In this document: positions 1-12,400 of the stretch, piece by piece
How positions within the stretch are numbered: position 1 is the first letter of the stretch
How the letters are laid out: every line of letters begins with the position of its first letter
Source: Carcharhinus amblyrhynchos
Taxonomy: Eukaryota
Reading direction: 5' to 3'
DNA length: 64,000 nt
Assembly (NCBI GenBank): GCA_965287045.1
Contig: OZ336875.1
Location: forward strand, 54,622,001 to 54,686,000
Program-made: the position numbers and the translations under genes
Notes under the pieces: generated by a model
The model's input: only the letters and a program-made list of their open reading frames with translations
The model's database searches: none
Told to the model about the DNA's origin: nothing

Positions 1-167
1 AAGACTAACTCTAAATGCCTTCTCCAATCGAGGAAATCCTCACTTCTGGAAAAATGGAACACCCTGCAACAGTCAGCCTGCTACTCTTTGAAGGAATATG
101 GCATTGGACTTTTGATTCTAGACTCAAGTGAAAACATAACTCTTTTTACTGTGGTCTTGACTTAACA

Positions 168-260
168 AAGTACAGAGAAAATTACAGCACAGGAACAGGT
201 CCTTCAGCCCTCCAAGACTGCACCGACCATGCTGCCTGACTTAACTAAAGCCCCCTAGTA
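168..260 (-). mobile_element. CR1 LINE 3' end fragment
   Basis: Reverse complement matches the 3' UTR of the CR1 copy ending at 20620 (ttagttcagtccggcagcatgg...cctgtgctgtaattttct). Confidence 0.75.
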
Positions 261-1339
261 CTTTTTTCTTTCCCTTACCCTCTTTTATTGTATGAATGCA
301 AGAGGGACAAATATTGTTAAACTCCTTTCCCATGTTTTTTGTGTGTGTAAAGTAAACAGTCCACTTATTTTACCTCATCTCAAATTTGCTGTGGGGTTAT
401 TAGAAGATATTGGATCAATCGAAATTTAAGAGTGGTAAACTACGTTGCCAGGTAGGAGGAAATTAGAAATCTAAACCACCTTTCTGTTTATAGGCAGGTA
501 GTGAGAGGAGAAATCACGGCTCTTTAAGTTACTTCACCTCCCTTCCATAACAGAAATATACCAAGAAACAGACATATACCAATGTTGCCAGCCTCATAAC
601 CACCTCTCACTGCCGCTAATATAACATATACACAGAAAAGGCTGGAAATACTCAGGAGGTCTCTCTGCTGCTTCGTATCTTCAGCTATTTGGTTCTGACA
701 GGCACATCACCCAAACACCCTGATACACAACCAGTGACATTCACTTTTGCAGTAAAAGGTGGCACACCACAGATGGCAGCTGAACAGAGCTGATGGGGAC
801 AACACTCATGTATCTCTTCAGTGCTTCACTGAGGGGTCAGAAGTGACAAGGTCAGTAGAAACCAACATCTTTGAGAACATGGAGAATGACGATGTGTTCT
901 TGCCTAATGCCCCTTCTCAAAATTCAGCTCACCCACATTCTGCTACCTGAACTGATGAACAAACTGCATGTTGTGTCACCATGGAAATCTTGCTTCCCAA
1001 ACCATCTCAATTCGCTCACCTCAACCTTCCTCTTCTGACTGTTCTGCTTTCAGACACCAAGAACTATGGTGGATCCAGCCTTAAATAATGCTACTTCTGG
1101 GGCCATCTTACTGTTGCTTACTTCTGTTTTCAGGAGTGAACAGCACAGGCTCTACTAGGGCCTGCACTGTCCAAATTTGGCAACCCGATGTCACATCAGC
1201 TTGTTTGGCTGATTTAATGGAAGTTTTTCAATTATGCGTCACCACCATCGCTTATCTGATATCCTGAGGCACAATAGTCCCTAGTTGAACATAAGTGAAA
1301 TGAAGCAATCATCTTTGGTCCTTTACAGTTGTCAGTTCT

Positions 1340-1495
1340 GTTGCCTCTGAGACAGAGCGAGAAATTCATGGATGCAAGCACCTTTCCAGAGTCCTGAATA
1401 TGTAATCTAGGCTGACAACTCAGTGCAATACATCAGGAGTGCTGCATTGTCTGAGGTACTAGCTTTTGAATGAGATCGTAAACCTAGTCTCCTCT
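1340..1495 (+). mobile_element. DeuSINE (SacSINE1-like) fragment
   Basis: taatctaggctgacaactcagtgcaatacatcaggagtgctgcattgtctgaggtact...tgagatcgtaaacc resembles DeuSINE sequence and recurs at 17530, 51915 and 56980. Confidence 0.6.
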
Positions 1496-2384
1496 TCATG
1501 TAAGAGAGAAAGGTAGCAGGATAGAACTCACCTGTGAGGACTAGTGGCGGGTGGAAAATGGGATAAATCATGATTTTTTTTCAAGTTTTGGGAGCCAACG
1601 GTTTGCTCAGAGGAGGGGGAAACAATCAAAATATCACTCAGTAGCAGATGGAGACAGTGGTCCAAATTCTAATAAGCAGCAATGTGTCTCTTACATTGGG
1701 CTGGATTTTAGCTGATATGACTAATTACATAAATTGGAAAATTTTCTGACATGCCAGACTCGCCTTGGTAAAAAAAAAGTACTGAAAATGTGCCATTTTT
1801 ATTCGAGCTGGTGCAGCATAGGCAGCCCATGGGGGGCAGGTAAGTACCAAGATAGACCAGTTAGAAAGCTGACCTTGGTTCTTTGGGACATTGTCACAAT
1901 TCATTTGAAGTCTTTTTGCACCTGCCTGTCACATCATCTGAACTGCCACCCACCACCCTCCATGGCCCCTTATCCCCTCTTTGCCAATTTATGCTCCCCA
2001 CCCAGCCCAATGGTTCCTCACATGCTCCATCCCAATTCATGACACCCCCCCGCAACCCACCCATCATATCCTCTATGCCAACTCTGTAGCCACTCACCCA
2101 GTTCTCACCATGGGCAGACCTCACATGCCATGTGGAGAGGGAAGAAATAAACTCCTATCTAATGCGGATTTCACTCAAGAACACTTGGCAGTGAGAGAAA
2201 AAAATCTCTCATTGCATGATCTCACATTTAGACCCCACAGCAAAGACAGGTGATTGTTTAATAGACCGTTTAAACTGTCAATCGCAACACTAGTGGGAGC
2301 ACTTCCTGCATACATGCAGATGCAGTCAGTAACGTCATAGCCGGTTAGTCACAGGCTCGGACTGCACTTTCAGACAGTTAGAAG

Positions 2385-2599
2385 GTTAAGAAATGATTCA
2401 TTTGATATTCTCAACAAAATGGGTCATGGAGTAAAACTATTTTCAGAAGTAGGGGTACAGTCTAAAAATTAGAATCAGACCTTTTGGGAGAGTTAGTGGG
2501 AACATACAAATGGTGGAAGGATTTTTGAGCCCTTGTTCGTAAAAGATTGTAAATTCTAAATCTGAGAGTTTTGTTAGCCAAAGATATTAAGAGACATGT
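2385..2599 (+). mobile_element. Old degraded CR1 3' region, interrupted by a younger CR1 (resumes 4521-4625)
   Basis: Decayed ORF2 C-terminal sequence. The matching 3' UTR (agatcagtcatgatctcattgaa...ctactcct) follows directly after the nested copy. Confidence 0.5.
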
Positions 2600-4520
2600 T
2601 TAGTCAAAAGGAAAAAGGAAGCATACAATAAGTGTAGACATCTACAAACTGACGAAGCTCTTATATACTGAAAGTAGGAAGGAGCATAAACAATGAATTA
2701 GGAGGGCTAAAAAGGGCCATGAGATGTTTTTAGCAAACAGGGTCAAGGAGAATCCCAAGGCTTTTTATGCATATATTAGGAGGGAGAGAAAGTGTAGGCC
2801 CACTTAAGGACAATGAAGGGAAGTTATGTATGGAGCCCAGGAAGTTGGTGAGATCCTTAATGAGTACTTTGTATCGGTATTCAACAAGGAGAAGGACATG
2901 ATGAAAGTTGAGGTCAGGGATAGGTGTGTGAACGCTGTAGAGAATGTCACTATGTCGAAGGACGAAGTGTTGGATATTCTAAATTGCATTAAGGTAGACA
3001 TGTCCCCAGAGCCTGATGGGGTCTATCCCAGGTTACTCAGGAAGGCAAGGGAAGAAATAGCTGGGGCTTTGACAGATATTTTCACACTCTCTTTGACCAT
3101 AGCCAAGGTTGCAGAGGACTGGAGAAAAGCCAATGTTGTTCCTTTGTTTAAGAAAGCAAACTGGAATAATCCAGGAAATTATAAGATGGTGAGCCTGATG
3201 TCAATGGTGGGGAAGTTTTTGGAAAAGATACTGCGGGACAAGATATGCACATTTGTAAGAAAATGGACTAGTTAGTGACAGGCAGCATGGTTTGTACAGG
3301 GAATGTCATGTCTCACCAACTTGACTGAGTTTTTGGAGAAGTGACAAAGATAATTGATAAGGGAAAGGCTGTGGATGTAGTTTATATGGACTCCAGTAAG
3401 GCATTTGACAAGGTGCCACTTGGAAGACTGATGCAAAAATCACATGGGATTCAGGGTGGGCTGGCTAGATGGATATAGAACTGGCTTGGTTATAAAAGAC
3501 AGAGAGTAGAGGTGGAAGGGTGTTTTTCAGAATGGAGATCTGTAGCTAGTGGTGTCCTGCAGGGATCAGTGCTGGGACATCTGTTGTTTGTGTGCATATA
3601 TACATATATTATATATATAATGTGATTACTAAGTTTGTGAATGACACAAAGTTTGATGGAGTTGCTGATAGTGCCAGAGATTGTCAGAAGATACAACAGG
3701 ATATAGATAGATTAGAAACTTGGGCACAGAAATGGCAGATGGACTTTAGTCTGGGCAAATGTGAGGTGATGCATTTTGGAGATTAAATTTTGGTGTGAGT
3801 TATACTGTAAGTGTCAGAACCCTTAGGAACATTAACATACTGAGTAATCTGGGCATGCAGGTCCACAATTATCTAAAAGTGGCAACACAGGTGGCCAAAG
3901 TGATTAAGAAAGCATGTGACATGCTTGTGTTCATCAGCCGGGACACTGAGTATAAGAATTGGGATATCATGCTGCAGCTATATAAAATCTTGGTTAGGCT
4001 GCATTTGGAATATTGCGTGCAGTTCTGATCATCACACTACCAGAAGGACATGGAAGCTTAGGACAGAGTGCAAAGAATGTTCATCAGGATATTGCCTAGT
4101 CTCGATGATGTTGGCTATGAAGAGAGGGTGAATAAACTAGGGTTGTTTTCACTGGAAAGGTGAAGACTAAGAGGAGACCTAATAGAGGTCTACAAAATTA
4201 TGGAAGGCATAGACAGGGTGGATGGTAAGAGGCTTTTTCCAAGGGTGGAAATGTCAAAGGTGAGAGCGGGCAAATTTAAGGGAGATGTGCAGGTGAAGTT
4301 TTTCACACAGAGGGTGGTGGGTGCCTGGAACATGCTGCCAGAGAAGGTGGTGGAAGTAGGCACATTAGCATCATTTAAGAGGCATCTTTATGGACACATG
4401 AATCTGGAGGGAATAGAGAGAAACGGACCGAGGAAGGGCAGAAAGGTTTGGGCATCATGATCGGCACAAGCTTGGAGTGCTGAAGGGCCTGTTCCTGTGC
4501 TGTACTTTTCTTTGTTCTTT
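2600..4520 (+). mobile_element. 5'-truncated CR1 LINE, fragmented ORF2 (RT)
   Basis: ORF pieces 2826-3275 (SPEPDGVYPRLL, DWRKANVVPLFKK), 3592-3786 (KFVNDTK, WQMDF), 3795-4028 ([12 protein letters not shown]) and 4200-4460 (FFTQRVVGAWN). Tail cctgtgctgtacttttctttgttcttt. Confidence 0.95.
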
Positions 4521-5184
4521 ATATGCTGCAAAGATGGGTACTGTAAATGGAGTTCAGCCATAGATCAGTCATGATCTCATTGAACAGTAGAACAGACTGA
4601 GGGGTCTACTCCTTCCTAAATTCCAACAGTCTAATGATCAGTTGTAGACCTGCAGCAATGAAAGCTCTTTAAAAATCATTGTAACAAATATCAGATCAGA
4701 GATTGAGTGCCAGCAATGCTATTGCAACACTCGTTTAGACCATGCAAAAATTATATTGGAAATTACAACATATATTTGTCAAACGCACAAGTACTTTTTC
4801 AAAAAATTGATAATTCTTAAATTGCGATGTAGTGTGCCAGCTTAGGATTAAGTTGTTTTTTTAGGGGATGATCCAAGATCACCACAAATCCACATAATGG
4901 TTGCAAACTCAGTTTATGTGCTGGACCATCAGTGCTGGGTTGCACTGGAAGGATCACTGAACTCTGGTAAAGTGATAGCATTGTGACTTCGATGGAGGGT
5001 CAAATGTTGACTTTCTAATCTAGTCCCAATGAATAATCACCACCTGTACCTCACAAAACAAAAGTGACTGACTTATCTAAGACAATACACAATCCTAGGA
5101 CACCTTGTCAATATTCGATCAAGTCAATTTCTCTTTGACCTACCCCTGTAATTTTCATAGATTAATATATGTGGAGAAGTTGAG

Positions 5185-5355
5185 TTCATAGCATCCCTAT
5201 AGTGCAGGAGGCAGCCATTTGGCCCATTAAGTCTGCACCAACCACAATTCCAACCTGACCCAATCCTCATAACCCCATGTATTTATTCTGCTAATCTCCT
5301 TGGCACTATGGACAATTTACAATGGCCACTGAATGTAACCCGCCCATCTGTGGAC
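5185..5355 (-). mobile_element. HE1-like SINE 3' fragment with CR1-like tail
   Basis: ggcagccatttggcccatt...ggacaatttacaatggcc...catctgtggac follows the same layout as the 3' half of the SINE at 55558-55895. Confidence 0.55.
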
Positions 5356-5554
5356 AGTTCAGTAGCTCTAGATTGTGGCTTTTCTCCTCCATCTTAAACC
5401 CCCTTTTTAAAATATCCCATACATGTATTACCTTAATGCAAACTCTTCTCACTCTCCCACATCAGGCCACCTGCTTTTTGTTCTTAAAGTTGCAACATTT
5501 TGTTGTAATCTCTCACAGTTACACTTTAAAATCTAATACATTCTCCCTCACTTC

Positions 5555-5730
5555 AATTCTGAAGAGCCAAAAGGATTCAAAACATTAATTTTGCTTTCTC
5601 TCCTTATAGATGCTGCCAGACTTGCTCACCAGAATTCAATCTCACTCAAGCGAGACCGTAAGATCCCATCCTGAGCTTTTCCAGCATTCTCTATTTTTGT
5701 TTCAGATTCCAGCATCCACATATTTTGCTC
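5555..5730 (+). mobile_element. Short repeat, probable PLE terminal fragment with decayed hammerhead-like core
   Basis: tctgaagag...ttcaaaacatt...ttctctcc..agatgctgccagac..ctgagcttttccagcatt...cagattccagcatcc. Homologous copies at 6520-6652 (+) and about 20920-21060 (-). Confidence 0.5.
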
Positions 5731-5924
5731 ATCTTATTAGAGAAGTCATGTACTTGTTCCAAAGATTAACAATGATTAGGTATAAGCAGGGTGGGGCAAG
5801 GGGGTGCGGGTGCTGGGGGGTGGTGTTCTGGGGAAAGATATCCCTTGTCTTTTGAACGTTTCTACTTTTTAACAAAAGCAATTGAGGATAAAAGTCAAGC
5901 ATACCTTATATTTAATTGAAGACG

Positions 5925-6137
5925 CATGAAAACACCACCATCTGCAAGTTCCCCTTAAAGCTACACACCATACTGGCTTGGAATTATATTGCCATTTCTT
6001 CACTGTCACTGGATCAAAAATCTGGAACTCTCCCCAATAGCACAGTGGTTCCTACACCAGATGGACAGCAGTGTTCAAAAAGGCAGTTCACTGCCACCTT
6101 CTCATGGGCAATTAGAAACAAATACTGGCCTCGCCAA
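5925..6137 (+). mobile_element. CR1/Zenon-like LINE 3' end
   Basis: HENTTICKFPLKLHTILAWNYIA; homologous to 60050-60330 and, in reverse, 38228-38580. Confidence 0.75.
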
Positions 6138-6519
6138 GAACTGGCTGATTGCCAACCCTGCTGCCATGCCTCACCAACCATGCCCTCCCCCATCACCACC
6201 AACCTAAACCGTTTTAGATTATCTCTTCCTCTCTACATTGATCTCATTAGCCTATGTTTCAACTATAACCAAAAGGCAGGTAGGGTAACATGCCACTATT
6301 CTTTGTTGCTGTTGGTCTTGACAGAGCCACTAAAAAGCATACAAGATTAGTTTAGTATTGATCAAATTGTACATCATGAATCCCAGGCAAAAATGAGAAA
6401 GTCGCAACTGAGATAACGCTTGTGCTTTAAGGAAAAGTGAAATTGGGCAGAATTCTGGAAATGTGGCAGGTATGGTTGGTGGTAATTACATTTCTTAGCC
6501 AACTTCAAAGAAGTTGATG

Positions 6520-6652
6520 GAAAGTCTGTCAAAGAGGCATCCAGGCATGAAATGTTGGCTCTGTTCTCTCCACAGATGCTGTCAGACCTGCTGAGATTTT
6601 CCAGCATTTTCTTTTTTTATTTCAGATCCAGCATCCACAGTAATTTGCTTTT
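6520..6652 (+). mobile_element. Short repeat, probable PLE terminal fragment
   Basis: Homologous to 5555-5730. Confidence 0.5.
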
Positions 6653-6659
6653 ATAAAAT

Positions 6660-7624
6660 AAGTTCAAATTTGGTTGAGATTCCTATGGCGAAGAAAATCT
6701 TTTAAAAAAGGGCTCATTAAACCTTGATTAGTATGGTGTCAGGTTAAAGCCTGTTCTGCTGTAGTTAGCTTAGTTGCAGAATACACTGAGACGAATCTTC
6801 ATGTGCTTTCAGTTTTCTGCTGGAAGGACCCAAGAAGGCAAAGTTACAAGGAGCTGTACTTGTGTAAATCAGTTAAAAAGGACAGGAAGCTAAAGACGTG
6901 GAGAGCAGGAGTTGTGAACTGGACAAGTCTACTGCTGTTGCTTTTGCCAAAGCCAAGAAGATAATTTAAACGGGTCAGATGAAGGTGTCTCTGGAGGAAT
7001 CTGTGCCACTGAGGATGCCCCTAATGAAGTTCTCTGAAACTGTATGTGTTAAGGGGATCAACTCACATATTCCAGCTTGTTGAGACAGACTTTGACCTCT
7101 ATTTCATATCTCTGCATCTTGCACACATGCAATGCAGAGACTGCACCATGCTACCAGTGTCCCATTCCCTAGCTGAGCAACAGTACAGCACCAAACACCA
7201 CCCATTATCCCAGTCGTACAGTCCCCAGACTAACTAGGAGTGTTTGTCACTGTGGTATCTGGGGAACTCAGGTGGAATATGGTTGGCAGTGAACATCACT
7301 TGAGGACTGAATTGATTGAGTGGGAAAATGAGAGATGCTGGATACTGGAGACTGAGTTAGAGAACTTTGGATCTACACGTGGTTTCATGAATGAAGCGGT
7401 GCCTGTGGTCTTGTGTATTTTTATTGTATCTTTATGTGAAGTGAAATGTACTTATTTATTTGAAGTTTGACTTCCTTGTTAATTAATGTTTGAAATAGGT
7501 TGATTTTGGTTTGAATGTTACAGTAGAAGTTTTAAAAATTGAAATCTTGTCCATCTGCTTTCGTTCTATTGGCAAGGGGATGAATTTCTTTTAAGAGTTT
7601 TCAGTCTTTGTGGGGATCATAACA
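6660..7624 (+). mobile_element. Possible solo-LTR-like repeat
   Basis: Ends ...ggggatcataaca, with an LTR-like CA terminus (1-552 also ends cataaca). The 5' boundary and TSD were not found. Confidence 0.25.
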
Positions 7625-8807
7625 CAACCTTCATTTAGACTTTGCTAATATCATTTTGCTACTTGCCACCAGTAGTGGATGCAGCTCAAGATCACACCCT
7701 CAGATTCCTATGTTAAAAAACATAAAGTTGAAGGAAAAATGTGTTGCTAGGAGAGATCAATACTGAGTTACTTAACTCCTCTTCCATCAAATCTATCCGC
7801 TCTAGAGGCTGCTAAGGGGTGATATTCTGGGTCAGTAATTTACTTAAGTGTTGGCCCATTTTTGTTGCTTACCATGTTTGCTTTCTTGTCATGTCAGCCA
7901 ATGGAATTGGGGGGAGAGCATTGCATATTAATCTCCTTTAAGGCAGCCCTGTTTACTTCTTTAAACATCTGTGCATAAGTAACTTTGTGTTATGAGCCAG
8001 CCTTGTGAGGGGCCAGCCTTATCACACAACTTGCAGCACTTAACCTTTTTGTATTCCTTTGTCTGGTGACTTCACTGTGGCTGTCTGACATGCACTAAAT
8101 AACCTTGGCTTCCTCCAATGATGAAACTGGAGGTAGAGTAATTCCCTTGATAACCTCCCTCCTTCAAGGTCACCTGTCCTGCCTCTTGCTGGTTCAAATC
8201 CCAAAAAAGGTCACTGACATCATTGCTGTTTCCAGCCATCTCATTATACCTGGTGAAGAACCATAAGCACTTATGATATGGATTCCGAGTTTATTTATAC
8301 AGAAAGCAGTATTTTGTGAAAGCAGTGGTTTGACAATGATGATCAAAAACGGGGTCTTTTCTCCATGAAAATCTGCAAGACCTTCCTACCACATTTTTGA
8401 ATGTAGTGTCAGAACATCTGCTGGGGAAATCTTGCAGCCAGATGTCCACAGCTTGTAATACACAACAGTAAAATGGAATTCTCTTGCAAAGCTTCTTCTA
8501 TCTTATCTGTCACCCTGACAGCAATGCTACATCTTGGCTTCAAGTTTGGGTGTTGATTATGGTCCGAGTAGAAACATTGAGTCTGTGCTGGAGTTAGGCC
8601 CAAGTAGGCATCAGCGATCCACAGGAAAGCCTGAAGTCACTGGAGCATCATTCTGAAGCCAGCATCGAAGTCACCCAAAAACATAAGAAAAACTAAAAGA
8701 CACACAACTCAAGAATGAATAGGTGCCACACTTGATCAAGACTAAGGACCAATGAGGTATTGTTTTCATGTTAAAAAACTCAGCAAACTAAACAGCCTCT
8801 CTGCTCT

Positions 8808-9160
8808 TTCCTTTTCATTGATTATTTGTTGGGATATGGGCATTGCTGGTGCGGCCAGCATTTGTTGCCTGTCCCTATTTGCCATTGAAATGAATTTCAG
8901 GGAGCATTTAAGAGTCACTGCTGTGGGTTTAGAGTGACATGTTGGCCAGACCAGGTAATGATGGCAGATTTCCTCCCCTCAAGGCCATTGGTGAACTAGA
9001 TGAGTTTTTACAACAATCAATGATACTTTCATAGTCACCATTACTGAGATTAGATTTTATTAAATGAACTTTAATTTCACTGGCTGCCATGGTGGGATTT
9101 GAACCCGTGACTCCAGAACACGGGTTTCCAGAATACTACACAGCGATGTTACCACCACCT
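8808..9160 (-). mobile_element. tRNA-headed SINE made of the 5' head and 3' tail of the Zenon-like LINE
   Basis: Minus strand has B-box GGTTCAAATCC. The body matches 59735-60036. The tail ggcaaatagggacaggcaacaaatgctggcc..cccatatccc matches the LINE 3' end at 60260-60330. Confidence 0.8.
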
Positions 9161-9649
9161 TCAGCAATAGTAGCTATTTGAAAAAGCAAAAGAAAAGTCT
9201 TGAAAGGTGGGGCATTCAAACAAGTATTGAAATAGTATAGGCTGTGTGAAGACAGTATCACATATCTCTTCAATTAGGAACAAAAAGGATGGCTTTGATG
9301 TAAAAATATTAGATGACAAACAATTGCCTGAGCTCTTGAGATCAACATCAATTACCACTGCTACTGAAACTCCAGCAACAAAAGGTTATTATGACATTGA
9401 TCCATTTATATTCAAACACTGCTGAATTCATCCTCTTTTTATTTTCCCACCTAATGAAATTATCCTTGTGATGCTAAAACTTTGTGAATGAAAAAGTGTC
9501 ATGAGAGACAACTAAATAAAAGGCAACCCATTCCAAACAACAAAAATATCCATTAAAGTTCAGACATGACTTCTATTCTTCTGTTTATTCACTCTCGCAC
9601 TTAATATTAAAAAATACCTAATCTAAATCTCACCAATAACTGAGCAAGC

Positions 9650-10419
9650 TTATACAATGGACAGATGCACTTGGCTGAACCAATGAAATGGGTAATGTAA
9701 TAAGTGTGACGTTACCCATTTTGGCAGAAAAATAGAAAGGCAAATTATTACCTAAATGGAAAGCAGATTCAAAATGCATCTGGGCAGCAGGATCTGGAGT
9801 ACAAAAGTAAAGAAATGTTGTGGCAATTGTATTAGGTGTTGATGAGACCTCATCTGGAGTATTGTGTCCAGTTGTGGTCTCCTTATTTGAGGAAGGATGT
9901 GATGGCATTACAGGCAGTTCAGAGGATGTTCCCCAGATTGATTCTGGCTGTGAAGGAGTTGACATAAGAAGACAGATTCGACAGTTTGGGCTGGTACTCG
10001 CTGGAGTTTAGAAAGATGAGAGGGGATCTGATCGAGGTATATAAAATTTTAAAAGGGTTTGATAAGGTAAATGTGGACCAAATGTTTCCTCTTGAGAGGC
10101 AATCTAGAACAAGAGATCACAATATTGGTTGTGAGGTGATAGATCTAAAACTGAGATGAGGAGGAACTACATCTCGCAGAGTGGTGTATTTGTGGAATTC
10201 TCTGCCCCACAGCACAGTGGAGTCTGAATTGTTGAATGGTTTCAAGAGGGAAATAAGACATATTTCTAATAAAAAAAAGGGAAAGAGGGATATGGGGAGC
10301 AGGTGGGAGGTGGATTTGAGACCAGGAAGAGATCAGCCATAATCTGAATGGCAGAGCAGGTTCAAAGGGCTGAACTTGCCTACTTCTACTCCTAATTCCT
10401 ATCTTTCTATGTTCCTATG
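9650..10419 (+). mobile_element. 5'-truncated, internally deleted CR1 LINE
   Basis: [11 protein letters not shown]-like segment, ctggagtttagaaagatgagaggggatct, and tail cctaattcctatctttctatgttcctatg. Confidence 0.9.
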
Positions 10420-10552
10420 GTTGACCTCAGTGCCTAAGTTAAGGAAGAGGAAAAAAAAATGTGGTCCTCCATTTCTGTTCTGAGTTCATGAACCCAGTGG
10501 CCATATAAGAGTATCGGAGTAGAGCCCCATTACTGAATTCTCATCGTCAAAG

Positions 10553-10818
10553 GATGGTATGGTGATACCTCACAGCACCAGGGACCAGGCTTGGGTCACT
10601 GTCTGTATTGAGTTTGCATGTTCTTCCCCTGACTGGTGGGTTTCCTCTGTGTGCCCCAGTTTCCTCTCACAGTCCGAGAAACATGCTGGTTAGGGTGCAT
10701 TGACCTGAAAAAGTGTCGACGTGTGGCAACTAGGAGAATTTCACAGTAACTTCATTGCAGTGTTAATGCAGTGTTAGTATTAATGTAAGCCTCACTTCGG
10801 ACTTAAGAATAAACTTTA
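10553..10818 (+). mobile_element. V-SINE, degraded, with non-CR1 tail
   Basis: V-domain gagtttgcatgttcttcccc..gtgggtttcctc..ccagtttcctc. Tail tcacagtaacttcattgcagtgttaatg, as at 22175-22476. Confidence 0.8.
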
Positions 10819-10947
10819 AGTAGCTTCCCGATGGCTTGGTGGCGAGGTTTAAACTGGAGAGTAATTACTTTGGAGAGGTACAGGATCCATTTGAAGAACA
10901 AAAGAAGTCTGATAACAGATGTGCGAATAAATAAACTATGCAGAAGT

Positions 10948-11125
10948 GTGGATGTAGTGGTATTGTCACTGGGCTAGTAATCCAGTGAACCAGGGTAATG
11001 CTCTGGAGATCCGGGATCGAATGCTACCACGGCAGATGGTGAAGTTAGATGGTGCAATTAAGTTCAATGAAGACTATGAAACCATTATCGTAAAAACCCA
11101 TCTGCAGCTGGTTACAATGACCCCT
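10948..11125 (+). mobile_element. tRNA-like head fragment of the Zenon-like LINE/SINE family
   Basis: gtagtggtattgtcactgggctagtaatccag...ccgggatcgaatgctaccacggcag...aaaaacccatctg is homologous to 59735-60036 and 8808-9160. Confidence 0.65.
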
Positions 11126-11134
11126 CTGCCTGAG

Positions 11135-12400
11135 TTTGTCACAAAAACCTGAGAATGCTCATCGACTTCTTCTCGGACACAGACTGCACTGGATTGCTGC
11201 TGAGGTTCTGAGACCTCATTGTCATCAAAGACATGCTGTTCAGGAATCCGCACCTCCACCAATACCATCTCGAATGGCTAGCGGAGAAAAGGGCTGTGGC
11301 CGCTGGGGTGACCGGAATCAGGAACATGCTAGAGATGAAGAAATGGACTGGATGATGTCCCAGCAATTGGTACATCGTGCATCGGTGGACATCTAGCTCA
11401 CAGGCAATGTTATCATGACCTTAGACGGCCATGCTTGGGCTGAAGGCACACAGTCTCGTGGTGGGGCAGGTGGGAGGTGTACTCCCCTCCTGAATGCACC
11501 CCTGTTCAGAAAAAATTTTGCATTGGCTCTGAGTCCCAAACGTTCTCTTGGAAGCCAGAGCCCCTCAGTTTGAGCTGCCTCATGGAAATGCCCTTTATAC
11601 CCTTTAGCACTATGTGGGAGCGGTGTGTTTCTGTATGGGCTGCTGCTGGACATCTTCATTTCCTTGCCCTCACCCTTCCTGGTGGAGGTCTTCCTCTGGA
11701 GGAGCACTCTCCCTTTCCGACAGGGACTTGGGGAAGGATGTTATATATAGCAGTCCCAAGAAACCATAGGGTACGTTGGTTTACAGGCTTCTAAGATGCC
11801 TGAGTTTTTTGCAGCTTTGTGGAGTCCATGGACCACTTGTGTTGTAATAGAAAGCATCCACATTTCAGTTATTTGAAAAACCTTTTGTTATAGTTTTGTT
11901 TGCACACCAGTCCCATGTTTCTGATTTTGGGCACCTGGTGCGAAGAGGGGTGAGGGAAAAAGGAGCATCTCCTCCTGAATCTGGCCAAATTTGACACCAA
12001 TGGTCCAGGCAGTGGGCAATTGAGGGCGTCATCCACCCCAATTGTCTGCCCCTCTACCACAACTATATATGCAGTCAGGTGTCCGTGGAGAGAAGTACAC
12101 GCTGCACAAGAGAGATCAATTGGCTCTTATGGGGTTAGGTAGAACTGTCTCCAGCATATATCTGGAACATGACATACAGTTTTTGGATGACAATGCCGAA
12201 GGCAGCATGAAAGAGAGAATCCAGATTCAAAATTGCAGTTCCACACTCTGGGAATTCTCCAAAGATCTCCCGGAATAGAAGGTCAGTCTTCAAGGGATTG
12301 TTTCCAGCAACCCACTGAAAGAAGAGACCATACTTTTTAAACATAGTTTGTGACAGTGTATTTCCTTCATACGCTCACTGATGCCTCCCTGTTATTAAAA
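11135..12400 (+). mobile_element. Tx1-clade (L1-like) LINE, degraded ORF2 C-terminal part
   Basis: Frameshifted translation gives DMLFRNPHL..RAVAAGVT, FLYGLLL, IAVPRNHRVRWFTG, a C/ESMDHL zinc-knuckle remnant, FSYLKNLLL and LLLNLAK, typical of Tx1 ORF2 C-termini. Confidence 0.6.

Noticed and set aside
3590-3622. (TA)-rich microsatellite
   Set aside because: Local slippage inside a dead CR1 at the IYIND codons.
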